Assembly (NCBI RefSeq): GCF_009914755.1 | Contig: NC_060939.1 | Direction: 5' to 3' (one strand) | Source: the human T2T-CHM13v2.0 reference genome, Homo sapiens | DNA: 64,000 bases | Shown here: piece after piece, positions 1 through 12,386 of the stretch | How the letters are laid out: the number at the start of each line of letters is the position of its first letter | How positions within the stretch are numbered: the first letter of the stretch is position 1 | Translations under genes and position numbers: made by a program | The notes under the pieces: model-generated | Told to the model about the DNA's origin: nothing | The model's input: the letters and a program-made list of their open reading frames with translations, nothing else | Database searches by the model: none

Positions 1-2167
1 TGGCCTTGGCCTAGACCTGAGGGTGTCAAAGTGGGAAAGCTTTAAGAAGAGCGTTTCCCGGCTGCCATTTGATGCGCAATTCTCATTATCCTTTAGAAAA
101 TTCATTCCTCAGACTGCCAAGAGGCTGCTGGCAGATGTAGTTTATATTAAACAGATGGTTAGTCTGCAATTAAATGCTTATCCGTGGCTGGGCCCAGTGC
201 ATTCTGAATCCTGCGAGAGGACATGCCAGTAGCTGATGAGGGTGGCCCACTTCCAGGATGTGGGTCAGAGAAGAGAAAGTGTTATGTGTGCTTTCACATG
301 AGATCGTCAGAGAGGTGAATAGAATCTGACCTATAGATTGTTAACAAACCCAACGGAAAGGAGGGCTGAATTACTCAAACACTGGTGGATTGAGAAATGG
401 GGAAGTTCTTTGCACAGCTTACCAGGAAAGATAAACACCCACGGTGTAAATTCAAGTTTATACACAGAACGCACACTTTGAAATGCAGTAATACCATGTC
501 TACGCACACATACTAATAGGACAGAACAAATTTTTAAAAGTAAATTTAGAAGAGCAGGGGTGTGGGTTTCTTTCCACTTATAAGCAACAGACAGCTCGTA
601 TGAACAACTAAATATTTTCTTTTTTCAGATGAAAGTTTAGGAACATTTAGAAACAGCTTCTGATTTAGAGCAATCCACATGTAGCACAGACTTACCTTTT
701 GTTTCTATGTTAGCTAAGCCACTGTGAAGAACAGAGACCCTCTCAGTTTACATTTATAAGAAGACATGAGAAAAATCTAGGGCATGTGACTTAGCTCCAG
801 TCCCCTGATAAATTATAGCATAATGGCTGTTCCTTCCCCAGCATCTAGAAATTAGGGTGCAAGTCTGCAGGTAGAACATATAAATATTGAATGCAAAAGC
901 AGCTACGTTTGCACTTAAGAGTCCTGAAAGTGACATATTGCCAATTAAATATGTTCCCACATGTCTAAAATTAGAAATCAGAGATGGAAGCAGATATCAG
1001 ATCTATTCAAAGTGATACGATTAGACTTCAGAGATCCATCTACAAGTTGACTTTCAACTGGGCCAAATGAGCCTCTGTTTCCCTCTAATGGCCAGCAGGA
1101 CAACTGTGAGCAGGCCTTCATGGGCTTGCCTCCACAAGGCCGATCCCCTGGCTAGAGACTGCCTGCCTCCTGCCTGTCCATTGATCTGTAGACAGCAGCC
1201 TGGGTGACCTGGAGCAGCCCTTTTCCTGGAAAACATGCCTCATTGCCTGTCCTTCATTGCATCTCTTTCTCAATAAGTTGGACTATATTAAGCTGCCACT
1301 AAAATGTTTGCATCTAAGGAAAAGCAGAATTGATTTGGAACTAAATTTTATTATTAGTGATATTTGTTCTAACCCTTTTCCTCAGTAGAGTGAACAAAGG
1401 CCTTGGAGACAAAAACTCAGTGAAGTTTGGAATATTATCTGTTTGGAAGGGAAAGGCAACACAGAGGCTGATAGCCCCAGCTATTAGACAAGGTGCTTGA
1501 CCAGTGAAAACCAAAGAGGGGAGGATCTCCAAGCTAACTGCAGCTTGTTACTCTCTTGTTCACCTTTCTCTCCTGTTTACACCAAATCAAAATGTCAAAT
1601 TGAAGTCATGAACTGCATAGTCTGTCTGTTTCTTAAATCTTCCTCGGGAAAAGGAACCAAGTAATTTGGAAAAGACTGAAAACACACACTCGTGCTCTTC
1701 CTCACGTTCATGCTAAAGTGGAATTCATAGAGATTGCTTCCCAGTGAGGCTATGAACAAATGGGTAGCCTGAGTAGAGCATATGTGTTCCTGAGTAGAGC
1801 ACATGTTTCTCAGTCCAGGATTCTGGAATGGTGCTAAAAAAAAAGGAGCTAGGAGGTAAGCAACACAAGGAGGTCGAAATGCTGTGAGAAGAGCCACGCC
1901 CTGGAAATATCCCTGGAACAGAAGGACCCTAATATTGCCCAAAGTCCAGGGACTCTAAATGCAAAGCAAACTTGCCAAAGCACAGTGCCCTTTGAGGACT
2001 TCAACTGCAAAGGTAAACTGAGCCTTGGCAGGTCAGTCACATTTAGGGCAGACTATTTATGTGCAGCTATTTCTGTAATTGGAGCAGATCAAACGTGGGT
2101 ATTCTAGCTCAATTCCCCTCTTCTCAGGCATACATAACCATCACATGTATTTATTTATTTTGCATGA

Positions 2168-2207
<40 letters not shown>
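2168..2207. repeat. (TG)n microsatellite
   Basis: Run of about 20 TG units with one CG interruption. Confidence 0.95.
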
Positions 2208-2208
<1 letters not shown>

Positions 2209-2309
2209 ATGCACGTGCCTATGTTGGTGGGGATACATGTATGGACAGAGAAGCCAATCTGATTTTTCTTGATAGCATTTGAGCACATGTTCTTCAGGGT
2301 CCACTCATT

Positions 2310-2495
2310 AATTCCTAAACTCTTTGGACTGGCATTTGGATCATTCCATAAGAATTCTCTCTGGAGACAGATTAAAATAGATATGTCCAGGTCCCACCTG
2401 AAGGTTCAGAGTCAGTAGAGTTAGGGCTCATATGGGGAATCTGTATTTTTAAGATCTCCCCAGGTTACACTGATGCTAGATTTGGAAAACATTGA
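2310..2495. mobile_element. MER5-type hAT-Charlie DNA transposon fragment
   Basis: Resembles the recalled MER5A core: 'cagagtcagtag...ggaatctgtatttttaagatctccccaggt...tttggaaaacattg'. Boundaries approximate. Confidence 0.6.
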
Positions 2496-4167
2496 TTATA
2501 CAACAAAGAATCTGACAAGTGAAAAATACACAGAAGTTATTTGGAAATATTTATTTTACTGTTTCCCCAAAACTGTGATTGTTGAAGTCTAATCTATTTG
2601 GCCAAACTTATCTAAATAGAGACTTTATCTCATAAATATAGCTGTGTGCAGTAAAAAACTGATATTACATAACCAGTAGGGTCATATTTTAATATTTAGA
2701 TGATCAAAAATTTCTTACTTCAGAGCTTTTCTCTTAGTTATGATATTCTTCTCCAGTCCTGTGTTTCTAAAGTGGCTTAGATATTTATTGTAAGCCATTG
2801 TAAAGATTCTTGACCAACTGTATACTACAATTGATGATCATTTTACATAAGCAGAGACAATGCTAAATAGATGAATCTCTATCCAGCACTTACTCTACCA
2901 ACTGGTGTTTTATTTTTACTAAGCATGTACTTATTACTTATAAGTTCTTTCTATTTGTCTCTCCTCCCAGTGGCCTTTCAAAGTACTTTAAATATCTTGG
3001 AATATTTTTAAAAATCCATCTAGAGAATTGCTTTCAAGGCAAGCTGGATATTAAAAAGTGTTTTTAAACCCATCACACCCATTCCATAGACATTTATGTA
3101 TATAATATCTTAATTATAGAACCAATCATTATCATGGAAGTCTTCAGAGAACCATGAAAATAAAGAAAATGAATTTCTAAACAGTAAGACTCTGTCAAAA
3201 CAAATTGCACAGAAAATAAATTCATGGGAAAGCAGATGATGGCAAATAGTGAGTTTAGGTAATGTAGCAGCCTGCAGTTATGCAAACATTTTAGAATGAA
3301 TTGTGATCTCTCTCAGAGATATTTTGCCAAATAATTCATAACTGAGTAATGCACCTGCTTAGTCCCTCTCTTGCTTCATAACTAGATAGTTTCCAGTCGT
3401 TATTTTTTCTCCTCAATCTATCATTCTTCAAGTAGGTCTCTGCATTGGAGTATGTGTGTGTGAGAGACAGAGATAAAGTAATGAGGAAAGAAAAGCCTTA
3501 GATTTGGCATTAGGAAGCCCAAAAGAGAAAAATATTATTTGTAATATGAAAGCCAGGTAGCATGGTCCATAGTATTACAGTTAATTTGGAAATTTTTCTT
3601 ATTATTATTTAATAGTTTCTCTTGGTTACATATAATACTAATTTTTGGTAAATTCCAACATCCAAATACTGAAGGTTGTAAAAAATTATTATTATTTAAA
3701 GCCATTGATCAGCCCTTATGCTGAAAATAGTTCATGAGCCAAATATTAGAAACAAAATGAGATGATGTTGTTGGTCATTATACTGGTACTGATCACAAAG
3801 AAAGAAAAAGATCACCCAATTGCTAATAACTGTTGTCTTTGAAAGACACACAGCTCTAGCACAAAAGCAGGAGGGAGCAGAGTTGTGAGGTTGGGAGGAG
3901 GAGATGAGTGCAATAAGGAAGAAAACTGAAGAGAGAGAGAAAGAAAAAAAAGGTGGTCCTTAGAAAACCAAAGTGGTAAAGAATAGAAAAGAGTCGGCTG
4001 ACCACAGATCCTTTGACAATGATGGGATGAGAAGTGCAGGACACAGGGAAAGTTCTACACTGAAAGGCAAGCCAGCACTTGGGAGCAACTTCATGCTGTG
4101 TCAAAAATACGGTTTGAATCAGGAATGGGATTGAGAAAGGCAATACCTAAAAGTGGGATTTATGGTG

Positions 4168-4730
4168 GTGCACGGGAGGTAAAATTTCTCCTCTATCCCC
4201 TTAGGACCTCCAGCTGGGCCTAAGAATTAAACTGACATTAGACAGATTAACAGGAGAAAAGCATACAAATTGTATCTAGGAATTTTTACATGTACATAGG
4301 AGCCTTTACAAAAGAAATGAAAACCCAAAGACAGCAGTTAGGGTTGAACGATTATATGCTAGGTTAGACAAAGAGTAGTAAATGGTGAAAATATGAAATA
4401 ACAAAAGAGTTTGGGGAGAGAAGTTAATTGTGGAAAAGGGACTAAAAACATAAAGGTTAGTTTGATTTGTTTCTACAGATTCCTCTTGATCTTGATTCCC
4501 CATCTCTGGTGATAAGAATGTCTTTCTTCCTCCTGGCACAGGGAGGGAACTTTTCACATGGGGCTTTTAGTTCCTGCTTTCAGGAAAAATAAGGAAGGTT
4601 AGGGTGACCTTGAATCTGCTGTTTTCAAGAGTCTTTCACTCAAAGTAATCAATATTTTGAGATAGCAAATATCAACAATCAATATGGCAAAGTGGTATAT
4701 TTCTGGGTAGCATATTTTGATCTCTTATAA
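4168..4730 (-). mobile_element. ERV1 solo LTR, MER34-like
   Basis: Minus strand begins 'gagatcaaaatatgctacccagaaatataccactttgccata', like the recalled MER34-group LTR 5' end. Also contains 'aaactgacattagacagattaacaggagaaaagcatacaaatt'. Confidence 0.6.
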
Positions 4731-5322
4731 TAGATGTATAATTCAATGAAAGGTCTTATTTCTGTATTAAATTTTAATACAGTACAATAACTAAAACGAG
4801 ATAATTAAATATATTAGTATGGTCATTGTTTAAAACAATGCAATTGATAGAATGTAGCTTTACAAAAATGGCAGAGACCTTAATATTTTCTGGGAGTTAG
4901 AAAATTCTCCTGCTACTTTGACAGCCATGCCTTTGATATGTGGACCCATGAAATCCATGGACTTTTTCTGGAAAATACTCTTATATGACAGTATACGTGC
5001 CATAGATATAGTCCCTGAGATTTCTGGGGACTATACTAACATATTTAACTTGTTTTGAGTTATCGTACTGTATTAAAATGTAATACAGAAGTAACTCCTT
5101 TCATTGAATTATCAGGCATTCTTGAAGGACTAAATTGGAAGTTAATCTCCTGAGCCAATGAGATCTCAGATTATCTGAGGACAGCTCACCGGGATAGGCT
5201 GATGTTTTAGGAAGGTTATCTGTTAGTCATTCAGTTGTTGGGGGTTTTAGTCTAAATTTTAGAATTTGGCAAACTCTCTACCTCAAAAATATGTAAGTTT
5301 TCTTTTCATTTTTTCTTATTTC

Positions 5323-5352
5323 TCCCTCCTCCTCCTCCTCCTCCTCCTCCTT
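5323..5352. repeat. (TCC)n trinucleotide repeat
   Basis: About 9 CCT units. Confidence 0.9.
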
Positions 5353-5804
5353 CAATCATCTATCATCTGTTATTTAAACTAGGGGAGAGTTGCTGTTTTT
5401 CACAAAAGTTACTTCAATAGGATTACTATATGTACAAGCAGATACTGGTTCCAGTTTACAATATCTCCTGGTTGTTAATGTCTTGATTTAACCCACCCTA
5501 TCTCATCCTTGAAATCTAGTTATTGATGAATCTTTGTTCCCCAATCACCACCACACAACCAAGACAATGAGTTGATAGCCAGAGCTCTGTTGGAAAAGTG
5601 GCATGTAAATCTTTAAGGGTAGAGCAGTTATTTCTGCAGAATTGGAATGCTGTTACAGAAAAGAAAAGAATCATTCTCCTAGCTGTCTCAGGCAAAAAAT
5701 CAGTGGTGAAAAAAAACTATATATTGACTTTGTATGGGAGAAAATACAAAAATTAGATGCTGTCATTTGCAATGTCAATTGGCTTCACAAAAGGTCATGG
5801 AGGT

Positions 5805-6099
5805 GGCTGGGCACGGTGGCTCATGCCTGCAATCCCAGCACTTTGGGAGGCTGAGGCAGATGGATTGCTTGAGGCCAAGAGTTCGAGACTAAACTGGGCA
5901 ACATGGTGAAACCCTCTCTGTACTAAAGTTACAAAAATTAGCCATGCATGGTTGCACATGCCTGTAATCCAAGCTACTCAGGAGGCTGAGGCAGGAGAAT
6001 TGCTTGAACCCAGGAGATGGAGTTTGCAGTGAGCCGAGATTGTGCCACTCCACTCCAGCCTGCCTGACAGGGCAAGACTCTGTCTCAAAAAAAAAAAAA
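5805..6099 (+). mobile_element. Alu, full length, old S-type
   Basis: GGCTGGGCACGGTGGCTC start, dimeric body, poly-A tail. TSD aaaaggtcatggaggt (5789-5804) / aaaaggtaatggaggc (6096-6111). Confidence 0.97.
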
Positions 6100-6378
6100 G
6101 GTAATGGAGGCAAGGAATGAAGATTATCAAAGAATAAAGATAAAACAAAATATATCTACATCTTAAGACATTTTCTCATTATCTCCTTGGATGGCAACCT
6201 AAGACTATTACCCTGGTTCCGGTTGCTGAGTAGACATGTCTTCTCAGGTAGTTTGCGTGACAGATGCCATGTTTTCTGTGGTTTGTACACTGCTGCGTGC
6301 TTAATAAGTATCGTGTGGACAACCTCAAGGGTCTCCTTGAAAAGCCTTTTAAAATGGATCAAATAGCATACATAATGC

Positions 6379-8132
6379 TGTTATGGGATCTTTGGGGTGT
6401 CGCTTTTCTGGCCAGAAACCTGTGGCTAGTGGTGCCTTTGCCCAAGTTTTGCTTGGGCCCACTGGGTTTGTTCCACCCACTCGACCTGGCAGCCTATGTT
6501 CAGCTCACACTACTGGCCTGGATCCCACGCCTCCAAGGGAGACTGCAAGTCAGGTGTGGAGCAGTGGGGGGTGGGGGGGGTGGGTGTGAATGATTGTAGG
6601 GTCTGGCCACCGCACAGTCAGACACGCCAGCTGCTGCCTCCGGGAAGGCAGCTCCAGGTGCTGGCATGGTAGCTGGCTCTCTGTGAGGCTGCAGCTGGAC
6701 TAAGCACACCACAAGCAGCTTCCACAGCTGGCACCAGGGAATTTGATGGTCCCTGGAAGTTTGGGACACCAGGAACCACAGGACCCTAAAGAGGAAGTCA
6801 TAACCCTGGCTTGGGGAGCTCCCAGGTCTGGGCTCCCCAAAGGGCCACAGCTCTTCTCTCCTTCTCTTCACCCACAATGTGGTGAGCAAGCGGCATGTCT
6901 CAACCCTGTTTGTGTTACAGATCTTTTAGCCTCACCATTTGGTGGGTCCTGAGTTCTTGTCCTGTGATCAGGAAGAATGAGGTGCACACACAAGTGAAGG
7001 GTGAGCCAGACGAAAAGGAGCTTTATTGAGCCATAGAAAAGCTCAGTCTTCCATAGGGGGCAGCTCCTTTCCACCACTAAGGTGTCCCAATGAGTGTTCA
7101 ACTCCTAGCAGAGAGGGTAGCTCCTCTCTGCAGCTGGTAATCCCATCTTCTGTGCAGCACTCAGCAGAGAGGAGGCCCTAGAGTGGGTGCCTCCTCTCTG
7201 CAGCTGGTCCTCCCGAGGTCATCTCAGCTCTGGCTGAGCCTGGATTTTACGGGCTTTTGTGGGCCTAAGAGGGGAGGAAGAGCATGCTGATTGGTCCATG
7301 GGTGGCGATGAGCAGGCCCAGAAAAGGCACCACAAGTTCCCACTCCAGTCTGCATGACTGGCAGCCCAGCCTCCAGCCTTCAGACCCTCCCTGGCCTGAA
7401 GCCGGGTTCTCACTGGGAACCCGCCCACTTCTGCCCAGGAACCTGTCTGCCTCCTGCTGCCCTTCATGGCCCCCAAGCTGTAGGTGCAAAGGGGTGCCTG
7501 CAGGCCACTGCCAAGCTGCCCTCAGGCCCCCTTGGCTTTCCTCCCATGCTCCTCAGTGCCCAAAGTCTGGAGGGGGCCAAGGCGGCAGGAGGCTGACATG
7601 TCAGCACTGCCTTGAGGATGTGCACACCCAGCCAGGCTGTGACAGTGCCCAGGCTCAGCCTTGACTTTGCTCTGAGATCAGAGCAGTTGCTGACAGCAGG
7701 GAGAAGCCAGGCAGTGGGAGCAGGCACTTCCGAGCCTGCAAGGGCAGGGGGTGCCTTCCCAAGCCCCTAAGAGTGCAGAGATGCCTGAATCTGCAGCCAT
7801 GGTTTAGGTGCTGCAGCTGTGCAGCGGTGGTGGGGAGAGGGCTGCTGCCTACCCTGGGGAGCAGGAGGTCCCTGTCTGCAGCAGTGGTTTGGGTGGCTAT
7901 AGCTGTACCCAGGAGGGTGGGGCTCCTGCCTACTCCTGGCCCAGAGACCACAGGGATGCTGGGGTCTGCAGCCATGGCTTGGGCAGCTGGAGTGGCACCT
8001 GGGGAACTGCCACCCCAACTTAGAAGGGGCAGGGCATGTAGCCCAGCTGTGCCTCTCTGTTGCAGCCAGTGCCTCCCTGTTGCAGCCAGCACAATGGCAG
8101 CAGCCACTCCAGATGGCCCCCCATTGACATCA
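6379..8132 (-). mobile_element. MER52A-like ERV1 solo LTR (~1.75 kb)
   Basis: TG...CA termini (tgttatgggatctttggggtgtcgcttttctggccagaaacc ... ccattgacatca), GC-rich body, minus-strand AATAAA at 7022-7027, near-TSD ATGC/ATAC. Confidence 0.85.
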
Positions 8133-8294
8133 ATACAGAATCATAACTGTTCACGTGATATACAATAGGTGTGGAAAAGGTGGTTGCAGAGAAATTCATG
8201 AAGTATCCAAATATACACAAATTATTGGTTTGCCACCATATTATCTTGGTCAAGCCACATGTATTAATAAAACAACAATGACAACAATAACAAT

Positions 8295-8505
8295 AATATT
8301 GTAGATAAAATGAATTGAGCAGTCACGATGTGCCAGGCAGAGTGCTAACTGCTTTACATTTAATCCTTACAACAACCACAGAGGCAGGTACTTATTATTA
8401 TGCGAATTTGACAAATAGGGAAATTGAGGCTTGGAGAGAACTTAGTAATGGGGTCCCTCAATAATAAGGGATGCAGCAAGTTGAACCCTGCACTGGTGGA
8501 CTCCC
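8295..8505 (-). mobile_element. MIR SINE
   Basis: 'tgtgccaggc...taatccttacaacaacc...gggaaattgaggctt' is the antisense MIR core. Confidence 0.75.
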
Positions 8506-9434
8506 AGGATCAGGGACTTAGCCATCGGACTCTACAGCATTTATGCAACAGCACGTACTGGATAGTTTGCCAGGGTGTTTAAGATGGGTTTTAAAATGAA
8601 AAATATCATAAAAGAGCACAACATATGTCAGGCAATTAAAAATAGCTCCTCTGGACTCTCTTCCTTTATATGAATTTCTTCCCCCCCCCATCAATGAAGG
8701 TAAGAATTTGCACTGATTATGAAGAAGCATTCCAGGGGAACAATTAGTAAAGTCCACATCAAACAGTTTCAATGATCTCATTTCTTGCATTGTAGCTATC
8801 ACTCCCCTTCATTTCTGACAATGGGTCTGTATAGTTCAGATGTTCACGTGTTTCCTCATCTGAGTTGCTGCCACTCATACTTGTGACCCCCAACAAATTG
8901 TAAAACTACGAATGTGATGAAGATCAATGGTTCAATTTCTTTTAAGTGGGAGAAATTTGATTTTCTCATGAAAGTGTATGTACTGATAGTAATACAAATA
9001 GAATATCTCCTAGACTAAGATAAACACTTAGGAGACAAGATTATAGTCTAAATTTTTTTTATATTTACCATCTGTTTATTTAATGGGAATTATTAATATT
9101 TCCTCAATAAGAAATATGGAACTAATTCAAGTGAATTGCTCATGTTATGAATGAAGTCTCAGGACTTTAGTCATGGGGTATTTCTTACCATGTTCATTAA
9201 CTATAACAGAATTCCTTTAAGTGTATGAGGCTAGGAATTTTTCTTACAGGATCAGCTGGCATTACTTCTGCTATATCTTCTGAAGACTCATCAGAGTCAT
9301 AAAGTAATGAGCTCTTCAAGAAGAAGAAAAGTGTTTACTTGGTCTCTATATCCTTGAATGCATGAATTCATATGCAATTGAATGGATAACTAAATGATGA
9401 GTGAATAAAAGAGCAGGAAGCAATGATTCTTCTC

Positions 9435-9585
9435 TAACCACTGCTAATAAAGAGTCACCTGGCATTTCTTCCCCTGTGGATACTAACTATCTAAATTCTG
9501 ATTTAGTAGGTCTGGGCTGCAGAACTGTACATTTGAAATCTCCCTAAGTGTTCTGAATTATAGGCAGGCAGAAAACAACTGCATT
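9435..9585. mobile_element. MER5-type DNA transposon fragment
   Basis: 'tcacctgg...attctgatttagtaggtctggg...tccctaagtgttctga'. Confidence 0.55.
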
Positions 9586-11171
9586 AATATAACCTAGAAA
9601 TAAAAAGGCCACTACTGGCAGTTAAAAATACCATACTATTAATTTGTTCATCTATTTTATATTTATGTAAATGTATAATTTATAATTTATATACATACAT
9701 ATAGTATATATTTTATTTGCCTTTCAACCTTATTCTAAAAGGAACATAAAATAATTAACAGAATGTTACATATAATACCAGATTTAAAAAGTAACTTAAA
9801 AAGCAAAAGAAATACACAGGTAAAATGATTATCAGTCAGGACTAAGGTTGAAAGATCATGCTGGCTTGGAGGAGTGGAATATAATATAAATCAGACAAAC
9901 CATGGATCAGAGTTAGTGTTTGTGTATACTGTGAGTTTTCAGCACTGCCTTTTGCAGCTATGTAGGGTAAGGCGAGCTCAGAGTGGATTTTCCTTTGTTT
10001 ACAGTTTGTTACTGCTTTTCTTTTCCCTCGCCTGTGTTCTTTGAGCCGGCAACACCTCTATAAAGGAGAAAATATTTTTATTGTGCTTCTTTCCAGAAAG
10101 TTCTCCCTTGCCCAGCTTAGTCATCTCATTAATATCATTGCTTAAAAAAAAGTAAACTCTACAGCAGCCATTTAAGAATAAAGCTGAGAATGATTAAAGA
10201 TATTTCTGGTGATACAAAATGGTTTTAACTGTCTGGAGATGTTAATCAGAAAAGGAACAATAATCCCCAAAGAAGATGCATTCACCTGGGCACCCTGAGG
10301 CTCCTGAAACTGAAGCTATTCTTACAGCTCAAAGAATGGGGTGTTGTGTGAATGAATGAGAGTAGAGAGGCCTGGGGAGGTTTAGGGAGAAGCAGAGAGC
10401 AGAGAATGCAAAGTCTTTTCAAATCTGAATATCCAAACTGAAGGAATCAAATTGTGGGTCACTGGTTCAGCTTTTGTGCGCGACCTTGAACAGACCAACC
10501 CGGATTCAGGATGAAATGGGACACTCGTGGGTCTCTCCATGCCAGATTTTCTTTCACTGTTCCCACTCAGCTGCCCTGGAGGCACCAGACAGCTGCCATT
10601 TCCAAACACGCCCCTGATCCACTGCTTACTTTGACAGCGGGATGTGGAAAGTGAGAAATCTCTCTGGGCTCCTATTCACTTTAAACTGGTCAAACCAGTA
10701 AATAGAAGGTGAATTTGCTACCCCCTATCCCTCCCTGTGATTGAGCGGTTTAACAGAAAACAAATCCTACTGACTCGCAAATATGCAAAGCATGAGGCAG
10801 ACCAGCAGCTTAGCCCAATTTTACAGGACAGCCAATAGAAAGCAGTAATGAAGACCCTAATGCCCTGAACTTTGGGTCTATGGCCCAGTCAGTACCATGA
10901 GGGCAAATGGTAGATGGGATTCCTGTTCTCAACATGTGACCACTGTAAAACTGCTAAGGGTTTCTTCAACTTTTAAGGACCCAGGACACTGAAAGTTCTA
11001 AAAATACTACTCTGTGGAAGTACTGGAAAAGAATTTTTTTCTTACGTTTAAAAAAAAAACAGCCAAGAAAATTAGCAAAATGTCAAATACCCAGAAAGAG
11101 GTCAATAAACTTCAAAACAATGAGAATATGCAGTGTTCATATTAGGTTTCAGAGGGATTTACCTATGTCCT

Positions 11172-11370
11172 AGGAAGCAGTGTAGGAAACAGACACGTAC
11201 TAGACTTGAAATTCATAATTTGTCTTAGCTATCCACTTGTTCTGATCTGGGCAAGTCATTTTACTACTAAGGTTCAATTTTTTCTTCTTTAAGGTAGGGA
11301 TAGAGTAATCATGAGCACTAAATGTGAAAATGTAGCCTACAACGCCCAGCAAATTTCTGGGCACTCAGCT
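11172..11370 (+). mobile_element. MIR SINE (degenerate)
   Basis: 'tgggcaagtcattt...ggttcaatttttt...taaggtagggata' resembles the MIR core. Confidence 0.6.
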
Positions 11371-11787
11371 GTTGTTCAGTTCAGATGAATCTGAAATAGA
11401 AATAGATGATATTGGGTTAGAAAGAACCTAGTGGCTACTTGGTACTCACTTCAAGTAATGACATAAGCCACGGCATAAGTCTAGTCTGTTCTTCCAAAAC
11501 TATAGGCTGCCTTCACAACTCCAGCTCCTTTAGAGGAAGGGAGCAGTCATGGGTTTGATAACGAAGTTATGTTTAACAATAGAAGGGATGGGATGTAGGC
11601 AGGTTGATTCTGAAAGTCAGGGCCCTTTACTGCAACGTGCCTTCTGCTCTGTGTACCAATCATCTTACGCTTAAACACACTGAGTTCTGTTAAGAATGGT
11701 TAGCAATGAGACACTTTAGCACTCCTAAGCAGTCAGGGCTGCTGTGGTTCACCCTAGTGAGACAATGACTTTTTAGTTGCACAATTA

Positions 11788-12010
11788 AGCAGTAAAACAT
11801 TAGTGTAGCAAGCATAGGGTTCAGCATCAAGCACAGTTGAGTCTAATGATGTAAACTTGGTAAAATTGCTTAACTTTGCTAAGTCTTTTTCATCTGTAAG
11901 ATGAAAATAATAATAGAACCTACTTGTTAGGGTAATAGTGATGATTAAGGAAGATAATAAATATCAGTTTCTTGGCACTGTGCCTGACACATTGTAATCA
12001 GTGAAATAAC
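11788..12010 (+). mobile_element. MIR SINE
   Basis: 'ttgcttaact...catctgtaagatgaaaataataatagaacctac...gtgcctgacacattgtaa'. Confidence 0.75.
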
Positions 12011-12182
12011 TTTGACAATAATTAACATTATGGAGGTTAAAAGATGTGTCATTAGATGTAATATTAGGTGTGAGTGCAACTAGCAAAAATATGGACTAAA
12101 TTTTTTCTAAAATTGGCTGCAATGATGTTAGTCTTTGAACAGCAACAGCTGATTGAAATTCAGTATTACTATACAATAAGTG

Positions 12183-12368
12183 CTGTAATTTTGTCAAACC
12201 TTCAAAATTAGCCCAAGATGAGACCAGACTCCAGATATTTCTATATTCTTGAATTTTGCTTGAACTTAAGAACTCATTCATATTTTTATGCCAGACAATG
12301 GACAGGAATCTTCTCCCAATGAATAAATCAAAGGATTTAGTAATAGGAAAGAAGTAAAGAAACAACAC
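12183..12368 (+). repeat. Copy 1 of a 186-bp local duplication
   Basis: Matches 13810-13995 with 9 substitutions and no indels (counted by eye). Confidence 0.95.
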
Positions 12369-12386
12369 CAAACAACTGAAAAAAAA

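Noticed and set aside
6264-8168. Dense overlapping ORFs on both strands
   Set aside because: Expected from the stop-poor, GC-rich MER52 LTR
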